From Acaryochloris marina MBIC11017 (GTDB lineage Bacteria > Cyanobacteriota > Cyanobacteriia > Thermosynechococcales > Thermosynechococcaceae), in contig NC_009925.1 in the NCBI RefSeq assembly GCF_000018105.1, positions 4,920,001-4,952,000 of the forward strand: a DNA stretch of 32,000 bases. Reading direction: 5' to 3'. The position numbers and the translations under genes were made by a program. This document shows positions 17,664 to 26,685 of the stretch, in pieces (within the stretch, counting starts at the first letter, position 1; each line of letters starts with the position of its first letter). The notes beneath the pieces are model-generated. The model was given only the letters and a program-made list of their open reading frames with translations. It had not been told where the DNA came from and made no database searches.

Positions 17664-18248
17664 TTAGACTCTTGTCAACACAAAGAGGCTATCATTATTG
17701 CCTCGACCAATGCGTAAGTCCTCATCTAGATAGGTGGTTTCTAGCCAACCCGCCGAACGATCGGTATCTAAGGGAACAGAGAGGGCTGCAACTGGACTCT
17801 GGGTTTCCAATCGAGAAATCAGGGTATCCAGGGAGGGATAATTCATGAGCCCCTTCACCCCCACAATAGTCCGCTCAAAATTGACTTGGACTCGTCGCTC
17901 CGATACGGGGGTCAGCCGAGCTGCCACACACAACACTCCTTCTAAGAATGGGATACCCTGTAGCTCCAAAACGTTATAGAGCTTCAGCTCTTGTCCTCTA
18001 ATGCATTGATGAATGGGCCCGGCAGGCACCACGGGCAAACGCGCCAAGCCCAACAGGTCAGGGCTCGTGGTATAAATTAACCGCCAAACCCCACTGAGGC
18101 GGTCTCGTTCATTTAAGGGCTTGGGGGTGGGATTTTGAACTTCGAGCTGAACGACTTTATCCAGCACTAGGCTACGATTGGCTTCGGTGGTGATCACGCC
18201 TCGATTTGTACCTGCGATCGCAGCCAGTAACTCTGCCTTGGCAATCAT
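17664..18248 (-). CDS. PAP/fibrillin family protein
   Basis: 194 aa. KAELLAAIAGTNRGV...QLEVQNPTPKPL...LSGVWRLIYTTS matches the fibrillin (plastid lipid-associated protein) family pattern. Confidence 0.85.
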   Translation of the reverse strand: MIAKAELLAAIAGTNRGVITTEANRSLVLDKVVQLEVQNPTPKPLNERDRLSGVWRLIYTTSPDLLGLARLPVVPAGPIHQCIRGQELKLYNVLELQGIPFLEGVLCVAARLTPVSERRVQVNFERTIVGVKGLMNYPSLDTLISRLETQSPVAALSVPLDTDRSAGWLETTYLDEDLRIGRGNNDSLFVLTRV

Positions 18249-18356
18249 GTCTCAGCTCCCCAGTATCAACACGATAATCATCCATTCCCAACATATCGCT
18301 CCCCGTCATTGTAACCAACCTCACGAGAGCGCTGTTGGACCAGTTGTGCCGCTCCA

Positions 18357-19004
18357 TTAATCGCAGCAGAGGTCCTGTAATTGTTGCAATAGCTGCTCTG
18401 TTCGGCGGGTGATAGCTGGCCAATCCTCAGCTTGGAGTGCTTCTTTGGGAAATAAGTAACTCGATAGCCCCACACCCACTGCTCCTGCTTGTATCAGGGC
18501 CACCGCGTTTTCTAGGGTTACGCCCCCCGTGGGAATCACAGGGATATGCCCTAAAGGCCCCTGCAAACTCTGGATATATTGGCTGCCTCCCATCATTTCC
18601 ACCGGAAAAATCTTGACACTACTGGCCCCTGCCTGCCAGGCCGTAACGATCTCAGTGGGAGATAAGGCTCCAGGGATAATGGGGATATCTTGGGCCACCG
18701 CTGCCTGAATAATGTTCAAGTTGACATGTGGGCAGAAACAAAACTGTGCGCCCGCTGCGATCGCAAAATGTAGCTGATCAACCGTCAGAATCGTTCCCAC
18801 ACCAATTTGACAGTTGGGTAGAATTTCACGGAGCTGAGTCACCAGGGTCGCGGATTGATAGCTATTCCAGGCAATTTCGATTAGCGTCATCCCAGCTTGA
18901 GCAATCGCCTCCGCCATGCGAACACCAAGGGTTAACTCAGGAGCCCGAACTACACCAATTGCACGATGATGTCTCACCGTCTTTAACCAAAGATTTTGCG
19001 TCAA
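18357..19004 (-). CDS. eda: KHG/KDPG aldolase (2-dehydro-3-deoxyphosphogluconate / 4-hydroxy-2-oxoglutarate aldolase)
   Basis: 215 aa. AIGVVRAP...GMTLIEIAWNS, the active-site Lys context SVKIFP, and PTGGV near the C-terminus are all present. Confidence 0.85.
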   Translation of the reverse strand: MTQNLWLKTVRHHRAIGVVRAPELTLGVRMAEAIAQAGMTLIEIAWNSYQSATLVTQLREILPNCQIGVGTILTVDQLHFAIAAGAQFCFCPHVNLNIIQAAVAQDIPIIPGALSPTEIVTAWQAGASSVKIFPVEMMGGSQYIQSLQGPLGHIPVIPTGGVTLENAVALIQAGAVGVGLSSYLFPKEALQAEDWPAITRRTEQLLQQLQDLCCD

Positions 19005-19024
19005 AGTGAAAAAGCTATCGTCAC

Positions 19025-19987
19025 CTACCGCTGAGCATAGGCTGCCATCGGTTCTTTAATCCAGCGGATGTAGAGATGCTTAAAGGTCGATCTCAACACT
19101 CGTGGTGCGCCAAAATCAATAGGCATCAAATTATCTGGCAACCGCCAATCCCTGATCTGCAATTCATGGGGATGACATAAAGGGAACTGAATATCTTGCC
19201 AGTCTGGACAATATCCAAGGCGAAGCGCTGCCGCCATCGTGGGCACCAGTTCTGGTGCCACCTGCAACATCTCCAGAATCGCTCGGTCTAACGCAAAAAC
19301 ATCAGCAGAAGCCGCTATTATCCCTAGAGGCCTCGGATCACCGTTACTAGGACCATTCCCCTCATGGGCAATGATGCCATCCACAATGGTTAGATGAGGA
19401 GAGAGGGTTCGGGCGGTTTCCACTAACATTTCTCCAAACCGATCCACATCCTTACCGGCTTCCATATGCCACCAGGCCTTCATTTTGCCGGGGACGCAAC
19501 CGAATAAATTTTTAACGCCCAACGTCATCGTCAGCTGAACATGGGATTTTACCTTCGGTAGGTTAATGATCACATCGGCTTCCATCGCTTCCTTCGACAG
19601 CCTCAGATGATCAAACGTCTGACTTTCCGTGGGATAACGGCTCCCATGTAATTCCACAATAGGAATATTGAGGGCCGTTAACATCGGCTCATAACCATTG
19701 GCCTCTGCTACCCCCCGAGCACTCCCAAACGCCGGACTATCCCCAATAAAAGGATGCCCCCCGGCTGCGATGACCATCTCTGCCACCCTCGCAACCACTT
19801 CCGGTCGAGTCGTACATTCGTTCTGGGGACGCCCCCCTGTCAATAAATTGGGTTTGAGCAAAACCCGATCCCCTGGGGTAACAAATTTTGCCATCCCTCC
19901 CAACGGTACCAGCACCGATTCTAGGGATTCCTTTAAGGAAGGTTGCTCATAGCTATGAGCCGGAGTAAGGCTGACAGATGAGGTCAT
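19025..19987 (-). CDS. DUF362 domain-containing protein
   Basis: 320 aa with LLKPNLL, KSHVQLTMTLGVKNLFGCVPG and DGIIAHEGNGP, the conserved blocks of DUF362. Confidence 0.8.
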   Translation of the reverse strand: MTSSVSLTPAHSYEQPSLKESLESVLVPLGGMAKFVTPGDRVLLKPNLLTGGRPQNECTTRPEVVARVAEMVIAAGGHPFIGDSPAFGSARGVAEANGYEPMLTALNIPIVELHGSRYPTESQTFDHLRLSKEAMEADVIINLPKVKSHVQLTMTLGVKNLFGCVPGKMKAWWHMEAGKDVDRFGEMLVETARTLSPHLTIVDGIIAHEGNGPSNGDPRPLGIIAASADVFALDRAILEMLQVAPELVPTMAAALRLGYCPDWQDIQFPLCHPHELQIRDWRLPDNLMPIDFGAPRVLRSTFKHLYIRWIKEPMAAYAQR

Positions 19988-20011
19988 GGCATGACTCCTT
20001 TACACAGCAAA

Positions 20012-20755
20012 CTAACTAGAGACTTCAGAGGTGGGTTCAGAATCTGGGGTACTCGCCTCGGTAGTAGGCGTATCATCAGAGCCCTCTTTTTTAGCCTGGT
20101 CTGCTTCTCTACGTTTTTTCTGGGCTTCCAAAATATCATCCATGGCCTGACGAACTTGGGCAATTTTGTCCAAGTTACCTCGATAGATTTCTAGATCCTT
20201 TTGCAGCTTACTCTCAGAGATATTGAGCACTGTGCAAATATTAGGTAAAAACTCTGCCAAAGATTCTTCGTCTTGGGTGATGTTCCCTTCACTGAGTTCT
20301 AAAAGGGTAAACAACCCGATCGCAAATAGACGACTGTATTTAAACTTAGGGTTTTGAGCAATATTTCGTAGCTGCCATTGCAGCTCATCGCCCCCGGAGT
20401 TTGCCGCTTGGGTAATCCAATCCAACATTTCCTGGGCAGATTTCGACTGGGCCAATTCGGTTAAACGCTGGCCGTCCTTCTTCATTTGGACGGGATCGGC
20501 TTCCTGGGCCTTACAGATGGCGCTAAAGATTGCATCTTTATCATTCTCAGGCTGATACCCATCCATAAACCGGTCAAAGGATGTAGTCACGCCCAATGCA
20601 AAAATAGGATCGTAGCGAAAATCTTCATTCACCCGCAGTAGATGCATCTCTACCATGAGCTCCTCTACCACCCTTCGATACACTGAATTTACGGGACGGG
20701 TATGAATAGAGTAAAAAGCTCGTTTTGTGTCAGAAACAGTACGCAGGTTATTCAC
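20012..20755 (-). CDS. thf1: Photosystem II biogenesis protein Thf1/Psb29
   Basis: 247 aa. The N-terminus is TVSDTKRAFYSIHTRPVNSVYRRVVEELMVEMHLL...DPIFALGVTTSFDRFMDGY. The acidic C-terminal tail is typical of Thf1. Confidence 0.9.
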   Translation of the reverse strand: MNNLRTVSDTKRAFYSIHTRPVNSVYRRVVEELMVEMHLLRVNEDFRYDPIFALGVTTSFDRFMDGYQPENDKDAIFSAICKAQEADPVQMKKDGQRLTELAQSKSAQEMLDWITQAANSGGDELQWQLRNIAQNPKFKYSRLFAIGLFTLLELSEGNITQDEESLAEFLPNICTVLNISESKLQKDLEIYRGNLDKIAQVRQAMDDILEAQKKRREADQAKKEGSDDTPTTEASTPDSEPTSEVSS

Positions 20756-21130
20756 AATAAGGGAAAAAAGAAAAACTACAAATATTAACTCAGCGAAATC
20801 GGTGGGTCACTAGGTGAGAAGAAAACCATGAGGTCTTAGAATAATAAAACTTCAGTCTTTCTACATCAGTGTGGTCAATAACCTAGATTGGTTTTAGAAT
20901 CTGGACAGACAGAGAACTAAACGTCCATTTATTGTTGTTGGCTATCGTCTGTTAGGTTAACAGATACTTGCGATTGAATGTTTAACCTCTCAAGGGAAAC
21001 TAATCCAGGGCTAAATTCAGTCACCATAACCCACCATATTGATGATATTTCAAGAACTAGGATATTTCACACCCTGTAATGGGTAGGATAACTATAGGTG
21101 AGAACAGCAAATCTAGGGTAGAAATTTGTA

Positions 21131-22153
21131 GTGGACGTTGATCAAACAAAAATTCTGAAACTCGCTCAACAAGGAAATCAACAAGCTATTGCTGTGGTAC
21201 TCAATCGTCACCTGATGCCCAAAGGTGCTCATATCAAAGTGAAGCATAAAGACGATTGCTTACAGATTCTTCTGCATACCCCTCAAAAAGCGCAGCAATC
21301 TACATTGATTCAAATGCTCCGGGATCAGCTGTTGATGCTCCACCCTGCTGGGTTTAGTGCAGTCAAGATCTATAACCCGCACCCTGGGAAAAAGACAGCC
21401 AGCCTTATTCACGAGTTTGGACTCAATACGGCAGCTTCCGCCCGCAACGCTGCACCTACCCCTAGCCCGCCTCAACCTGTTTCTCCCCACCGCCAGGCTG
21501 CACCAACCCCTCAGCGATCGTCTGTCGCTGAAGTCCTGCTCCACATGAGTAGTTTGGAGGATCTTAAAGTTCTCAAGGATCATCCATTCTTTACAGGTAA
21601 GTGTCCTCGGTGTGGTAGCCCTTACATTCAACAAGATCCACCGCCCGTTTATTGGGATTGTCAAGAATGTGGTTGGGAAGATAATTTAAGCCAGCTCGTC
21701 CCGCAAACGAATTCAGATAATACCAACCAAAAGAACTTTGCCGATAGCAAGAAACTTGGCAATTACCTAATGGAGGCGGGGCTATTAACCTCAGCACAGA
21801 TCGAAGTAGCCCTGGCCGATCAGCAAATCACTGGTATGCGCTTGGGAGAAGTACTGGTCCGTAGAGGCTGGGTCAAAGAAGAGACCATTGAGTACCTGAT
21901 GCAGAAGGTCATCTTACCTGAAAGAACCTCCTCCCAAGACCAATCGACGTCCTACATGGAACTCAGTCGGAAGCTCTTAAAAACGTTGATGAGCCAAGCT
22001 GGACCTACTTCTAGCGACAATCCAGAGCCAGACACCCCCCCTACACCTACTCCCGAAAAGCCCAAAGCACCCATTGCCAGTGAACGGGCGACTTTAGTGC
22101 TACCAGATGCAGATGTCAGTGACTATCTTGATGATTTCCCATCCATGAGCTAA
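21131..22153 (+). CDS. Hypothetical protein with a Cys4 zinc ribbon and a T2SSE_N/MshEN-like domain
   Basis: 340 aa, GTG start. It has an N-terminal cyanobacterial-type module (AIAVVLNRHLMPKGAHIKVKHKDDCLQILL), a ribbon (CPRCGSPY...CQECGW) and the tandem motifs KLGNYLMEAGLLTSAQIEVALADQ - QITGM - RLGEVLVRRGWVKEETIEYLMQKV. Confidence 0.6.
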   Translation: MDVDQTKILKLAQQGNQQAIAVVLNRHLMPKGAHIKVKHKDDCLQILLHTPQKAQQSTLIQMLRDQLLMLHPAGFSAVKIYNPHPGKKTASLIHEFGLNTAASARNAAPTPSPPQPVSPHRQAAPTPQRSSVAEVLLHMSSLEDLKVLKDHPFFTGKCPRCGSPYIQQDPPPVYWDCQECGWEDNLSQLVPQTNSDNTNQKNFADSKKLGNYLMEAGLLTSAQIEVALADQQITGMRLGEVLVRRGWVKEETIEYLMQKVILPERTSSQDQSTSYMELSRKLLKTLMSQAGPTSSDNPEPDTPPTPTPEKPKAPIASERATLVLPDADVSDYLDDFPSMS

Positions 22154-22204
22154 GTCATTTTAATGACTGAAAAGCCCGTACCTGGAAAATCATGAGGACA
22201 TGAT

Positions 22205-22540
22205 TTACGAAGCTAGAGCAACCTCGACCAACTGCTGCAACTCACCCTGCTGATATAGTTCGATCAAGACATCGGAACCCCCTACAAATTCCCCATTGAT
22301 ATAGACTTGGGGAATAGTGGGCCAGTTGGAATACTCTTTAATACCTTGACGAATATCGTAGTCTTCTAAAACATCTACTGTTTCGTAAGGAACGCCAAGG
22401 CTATTGAGAATCTGAACCGCGTTGTTGGAAAATCCACATTGAGGCATCAGCTTAGAGCCTTTCATAAACACAAGGATTTTGTTGGTTTGAACTAAGCTAT
22501 CCAGGCGTTCTTTCAATTCAGGTGTCATAACAGGATCCAA
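22205..22540 (-). CDS. grxD: Monothiol (CGFS-type, Grx4 family) glutaredoxin
   Basis: 111 aa. It has the CGFS active site ([10 protein letters not shown]) and [18 protein letters not shown]. Confidence 0.9.
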   Translation of the reverse strand: MDPVMTPELKERLDSLVQTNKILVFMKGSKLMPQCGFSNNAVQILNSLGVPYETVDVLEDYDIRQGIKEYSNWPTIPQVYINGEFVGGSDVLIELYQQGELQQLVEVALAS

Positions 22541-22585
22541 AAAATACGTCTAATCAGGAGGTTAATCATTGAGGTGGGTTCGCCT

Positions 22586-22858
22586 TTAGGAAGGCTGCAC
22601 CACATCGGCTTGTTGGGTCTGCCACTTTTCAGGTGTGAATGTTTTCAGCGCTAGGGCATGCAACTGCTCACTGGCCATCACTTGGTTAACTGAGCGATAG
22701 ACCAACTGATGTTGTTGGACTAGGGTTTTGCCTTCAAATTCGGCAGAAATGATCGTCGCTTGATAATGATCACCCCCCCCAGTTAGATCCTGAACGAACA
22801 CTTCAGCCCCAGGCAAACCAGCTTGAATCATTGCAGTAAGGTCATCCGGGTTAATCAT
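22586..22858 (-). CDS. BolA family protein
   Basis: 90 aa. GGGDHYQATIISAEFEGKTLVQQHQLVY is the BolA signature. It is adjacent to the monothiol glutaredoxin, its usual partner. Confidence 0.85.
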   Translation of the reverse strand: MINPDDLTAMIQAGLPGAEVFVQDLTGGGDHYQATIISAEFEGKTLVQQHQLVYRSVNQVMASEQLHALALKTFTPEKWQTQQADVVQPS

Positions 22859-22956
22859 CTAGATGCTTGAGGAAAATAAGAACGTCACTAGTCTAGCTTT
22901 AAACTATGAGTCCATTATGCTGCCTCAATAGGCCAAAAAGCTGATGAGAAGAGGAC

Positions 22957-23607
22957 TTACTTGGATTGTGCAGGCGCTTCAGAAGAGGTGTCAGGAGACG
23001 TAGAGGTTTTGGCTCCTGGGGTACGGGGATAGGGAATGTCAGAAAAGCCGAGTTCTACCAACTGCTGATAGGATTTTTTACCCAAATCACGAGACGGGTT
23101 TTGGCTACGGATAATCTCAATTAATAAGGGAATCGCTTTCTCGGGCTTATTTTGGGCGCGATAGACCAAAGCCAGCTGATAGGTTGATTTGTCTCTAAGC
23201 TGTGCCGTTTCCAGTGCTTTTTTCCGGTGGCTTTCGGAAACACGGCGGTCAACGCCTAAAAAGCTGGAGGTCAGGGTTGAGTAGAAGTTGGAAAGCTGGT
23301 TCATGATTTGACGAGCATCTTGAAGCTTGTTTGCCGCCAAATCGAAATTCTGAGAATCGTAGGCCCCCTCGGCTTCAGTCATCAAGCGTTTCCCCGCTGG
23401 AATACTGAACAACCCCCCTGTAATACTGGGACTCAATACTTCAACATTATCTAAATCAGAGGATGGTGTCGCACCAGATCCATCTAGATCTCCTGCACGT
23501 TGGGCTTGAACTGATACAGGCAAGAAGGAGGCAAAAGAGACAGACGCAACCAATAGGGCTAAATATCGGTTACCGGGGATGAATGAACGGGAAGGTTGCA
23601 TAAACAC
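22957..23607 (-). CDS. Hypothetical secreted protein (signal peptide, helical/TPR-like body, S/T/P-rich tail)
   Basis: 216 aa. The N-terminal hydrophobic stretch LALLVASVSFASFLPVSVQA looks like a signal peptide. I recognise no named domain. Confidence 0.5.
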   Translation of the reverse strand: MFMQPSRSFIPGNRYLALLVASVSFASFLPVSVQAQRAGDLDGSGATPSSDLDNVEVLSPSITGGLFSIPAGKRLMTEAEGAYDSQNFDLAANKLQDARQIMNQLSNFYSTLTSSFLGVDRRVSESHRKKALETAQLRDKSTYQLALVYRAQNKPEKAIPLLIEIIRSQNPSRDLGKKSYQQLVELGFSDIPYPRTPGAKTSTSPDTSSEAPAQSK

Positions 23608-23802
23608 TGTTCGATAAACTCTGTAAGGACGCTGACGTAATCAGTTCAGGTTTTGGTCATCTTATCATTTGCCGTCGTAGCAAAGATCCCTTGAATCCTT
23701 GACCCTGCACTTCAACAATCTGTTTGACGATCCGGGTCCCTAAAATTGTTCCGTTGGGGTGAATTAGGCTAAAGAGATTATCTGCCTAATTTTAAAGGCT
23801 CT

Positions 23803-23830
23803 TTGCGTTTATGGTAATTTTTACTATAAT
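23803..23830 (+). promoter_or_regulatory. Candidate sigma70-type promoter of the pncB operon
   Basis: -35 TTGCGT (23803-23808), 16-bp spacer, -10 TATAAT (23825-23830). It lies about 100 bp upstream of the pncB ATG. Confidence 0.35.
23809..23829. promoter_or_regulatory. Candidate NrtR operator (21-bp imperfect palindrome with a GT-N7-AC core)
   Basis: In ttatggtaatttttactataa, 8 of 10 arm positions are complementary and the core is GTAATTTTTAC. It spans the spacer and -10 box of the putative pncB promoter, and an NrtR-like gene lies in the operon. Confidence 0.4.
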
Positions 23831-23928
23831 TAAGGCAAGCGCTTCTAAATCAATTGAAAATTGTTTTTTGCTCAGCGCTGATTCCTGGCTGTGCAGGAAT
23901 TTTATGGATATTTACTAGGAGTCCAGTG

Positions 23929-25311
23929 ATGTTAGAACTGGTTACGCCCCCTGAGGTAGCTGATCAATCTTTAAACCTCTCTGCCAGTGACTATAATCTC
24001 TTGACTGATTTATATCAAGCCACCATGTCTGCTTGCTATTTAAATGAGAATCTGGCGGAAATACCGGCAAGCTTCGAGTTAACGGTTCGGCGCTTACCTG
24101 ACAAGTTCGGCTATTTAGTCGCCATGGGTTTAGCACAGGTTTTAGATTACCTACAAAACCTAAAATTTACGGCTCGGCAAATTCAGTATCTTCAAGAAAC
24201 CGATTTATTTAGTCATGCCCCTACTCAGTTTTGGCGCATGTTAGAAGAAGGAAAATTTACTGGTGACGTGTGGGCGGTCCCGGAAGGAACAACCATCTTT
24301 GCCAACGAACCCTTTTTGAGGATTGAAGCGCCGTTGTGGCAAGCCCAGTGGGTAGAAACGTTTATCCTCAATACCATCAACTATCAAACCTTAATCGCCA
24401 CTCGTGCGGCTCGGTTGCGAGATGTGGCCGGTCCTGATGCCACAGTTTTAGAATTTGGAACCCGCCGAGCATTTGGGCCGCAGGCGTCTGTATGGGCGGC
24501 CCGAGCTGCCTTGGCTGCCGGATTAAATGCCACATCGAATGTCTTAGCGGCCCAACTTTTGGGCCGACAGCCCAGTGGAACGATGGCCCATGCGTTAGTC
24601 ATGGCCATGACGGCCACTCAAGGTACTGAACTTCAGGCTTTTACCGCTTTTCACCGCACCTTTCCTCAGGCGGCGCTGTTGATTGATACCTATGACACCC
24701 TCGCAGCAGCCCAAACTCTGGCGGAGAAGGTTAACGCGGGGGAACTAGAAGTACCGGCGATTCGCCTAGATTCAGGGGATTTAGTGGAATTATCCCAACA
24801 GATTCATCAGCTCTTGCCGGAAGCCAAAATTGTGGTCAGTGGAGATTTGGATGAACCAGAAATCCTCCGACTCCGCCAAGCGGGAACCCATATCCATGGC
24901 TATGGCGTCGGGACAAAGCTGGTGACGGGCAGCCCTGTCAACGGGGTATATAAGCTCGTCGACATCGACGGCAAGCCCGTGATGAAGGAGGCCAATGGCA
25001 AGATTACCTATCCGGGGCGCAAACAAATTTTTCGCCAGTTTCATCACGGGCATGTGAGTCAAGATCACCTGGGATTAGTCAACGATTCGGCTCCAGGGGG
25101 TCAACCTCTCTTGCAGCTCATGATGAAAGCAGGGCAACGACTCAAAACCCCAGAATCTCTAGAAACCATTGCCCAGCGAACCTTAGACTCTGTGCAGAGC
25201 TTACCAGCAGACGTCCGTTCTGTGGTTAATCCAGTTTCTTTACCTATGCAGTTATCGACCGATTTACAAGCCCTAACGGCGGCGACTCGCCGGACATCAA
25301 AGGCTGCTTAG
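23929..25311 (+). CDS. pncB: Nicotinate phosphoribosyltransferase
   Basis: The ORF is open from 23854, but the ATG at 23929 is preceded by taggag at a suitable distance. LLTDLYQATM..., GTRRA and MAHA motifs are present. About 460 aa from 23929. Confidence 0.9.
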   Translation: MLELVTPPEVADQSLNLSASDYNLLTDLYQATMSACYLNENLAEIPASFELTVRRLPDKFGYLVAMGLAQVLDYLQNLKFTARQIQYLQETDLFSHAPTQFWRMLEEGKFTGDVWAVPEGTTIFANEPFLRIEAPLWQAQWVETFILNTINYQTLIATRAARLRDVAGPDATVLEFGTRRAFGPQASVWAARAALAAGLNATSNVLAAQLLGRQPSGTMAHALVMAMTATQGTELQAFTAFHRTFPQAALLIDTYDTLAAAQTLAEKVNAGELEVPAIRLDSGDLVELSQQIHQLLPEAKIVVSGDLDEPEILRLRQAGTHIHGYGVGTKLVTGSPVNGVYKLVDIDGKPVMKEANGKITYPGRKQIFRQFHHGHVSQDHLGLVNDSAPGGQPLLQLMMKAGQRLKTPESLETIAQRTLDSVQSLPADVRSVVNPVSLPMQLSTDLQALTAATRRTSKAA

Positions 25312-25339
25312 CCCTTAACTTCTTGCCCAGTTCGCTCAG

Positions 25340-25984
25340 ATGATTCGATCTATGACAAAAATTGCACTTTTTGGCACCAGTGCTGATCCGCCCACCGTGG
25401 GACATCAATCCATTATTGAATGGTTAACTGGGCTCTACGATTATGTGGCCGTCTGGGCCTCAGATAACCCCTTTAAACAGCATCAATCTATTTTGTCTGA
25501 ACGCCAACGCATGTTGGCCTTGCTCGTTCAGGATTCACAGCAGCGACATCAACAGGTAGGCTTACGGCCTGAGTTAAGTCATTCCAAGACCCTGTTCACG
25601 GTGCAGCAGGCCCAACAGCTTTGGCCCCAGGCTGAGCTTACCCTGGTCGTCGGTTCAGATGTGGTGACAACATTGCCCCATTGGTACGGGGTTGAAACTT
25701 TATTCCAGCAGGTCCAGCTCCTGATTTTGCACCGCCCCGATGCACAGCTCGATCCGAATGCCTTAATAGCCTTGCAACGGTTGGGGGCTCAGTTTGCGAT
25801 CGCAAATTTCCAAGGCCCACCTGTCTCCTCTAGCCACTACCGCCATACAGGGGATATTAACGATGTCCCGCCTGCTATTGCCGCCTATATTCAACAACAT
25901 CATCTGTACTCATGGAACGTGCCCCATCCTCATCTCGACGAGAGTCCACAACCTCTACTCTTGACTACCCCACCCCAGCCCTAG
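25340..25984 (+). CDS. nadD: Nicotinate-nucleotide adenylyltransferase
   Basis: 214 aa. IALFGTSADPPTVGHQSII contains the (T/H)xGH nucleotidyltransferase motif. An alternative start is at 25352 (MTKIALFG). Confidence 0.85.
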   Translation: MIRSMTKIALFGTSADPPTVGHQSIIEWLTGLYDYVAVWASDNPFKQHQSILSERQRMLALLVQDSQQRHQQVGLRPELSHSKTLFTVQQAQQLWPQAELTLVVGSDVVTTLPHWYGVETLFQQVQLLILHRPDAQLDPNALIALQRLGAQFAIANFQGPPVSSSHYRHTGDINDVPPAIAAYIQQHHLYSWNVPHPHLDESPQPLLLTTPPQP

Positions 25985-26676
25985 CGGAGTTTAAGGTTGG
26001 CGTCGATAATGTCATCTTTTCTGTGGACACTGCTCAAAATCGCCTGCTGGCCCTACTCGTCAAGCGCAACAGCGATCCCTATGCTGGGGATTGGGCCTTA
26101 CCCGGAACCTTAGTGCAGGAGGGCGAATCCCTGGAAGCTGCCGCCTATCGGATTCTGGCGGAAAAGTTACGGGTAGAAAACCTGTATTTAGAACAGCTCT
26201 ATAGTTTTGGCGGTCCCCACCGAGATCCCCGAGAAGCACCAGACAGTTATGGGGTACGCTATCTATCCGTTAGCTATTTTGCCCTTGTTCGCTTTGAAGA
26301 TGCCATGCTGATCGTGGATGAAGGCTGTGAAATCGATTGGCATCCGGTGGAGACTTTACCCACTCTCGCCTTTGATCACCCCGACATCCTTGCCTATGGC
26401 CATCGGCGGCTCTGTAACAAATTGGAGTACAGCCCCGTTGCCTTTGAGGTGTTGCCAGATTGCTTTACCCTGGCAGATCTCTATCAGCTGTACAGCACGG
26501 TTTTGGGGGAGAACTTTACGGATTACTCTAATTTCCGATCGCGACTGTTGAAATTAGGATTTTTGGCCGATACGGGGGAGAAAATCTGCCGGGGAGCAGG
26601 TCGTCCGGCCACGTTATATCGGTTTGATGTGGAAGCCTTTGCCCCTTTTCGAGATAAACCGCTAGTGTTTGTGTAG
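25912..26676 (+). CDS. nrtR: NrtR-like Nudix-related transcriptional regulator (Nudix fold plus C-terminal winged helix)
   Basis: 254 aa. The Nudix box is degenerate (GTLVQEGESLEAAAYRILAEKLRV: RE to RI, EE to EK, G to R). The C-terminus (LADLYQLYSTVLGENFTDYSNFRSRLLKLGFL...GRPATLYRF) resembles the NrtR winged-helix domain. The gene is embedded in an NAD operon and overlaps the nadD 3' end by 73 nt. Confidence 0.65.
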   Translation: MERAPSSSRRESTTSTLDYPTPALAEFKVGVDNVIFSVDTAQNRLLALLVKRNSDPYAGDWALPGTLVQEGESLEAAAYRILAEKLRVENLYLEQLYSFGGPHRDPREAPDSYGVRYLSVSYFALVRFEDAMLIVDEGCEIDWHPVETLPTLAFDHPDILAYGHRRLCNKLEYSPVAFEVLPDCFTLADLYQLYSTVLGENFTDYSNFRSRLLKLGFLADTGEKICRGAGRPATLYRFDVEAFAPFRDKPLVFV

Positions 26677-26685
26677 GAACGAAAC

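Noticed and set aside
18172-18475. ORFs 18172-18423, 18178-18360 and 18278-18475 spanning the fibrillin-eda junction
   Set aside because: They overlap the ends of two well-supported genes in other frames and have no recognisable features. They are likely spurious.
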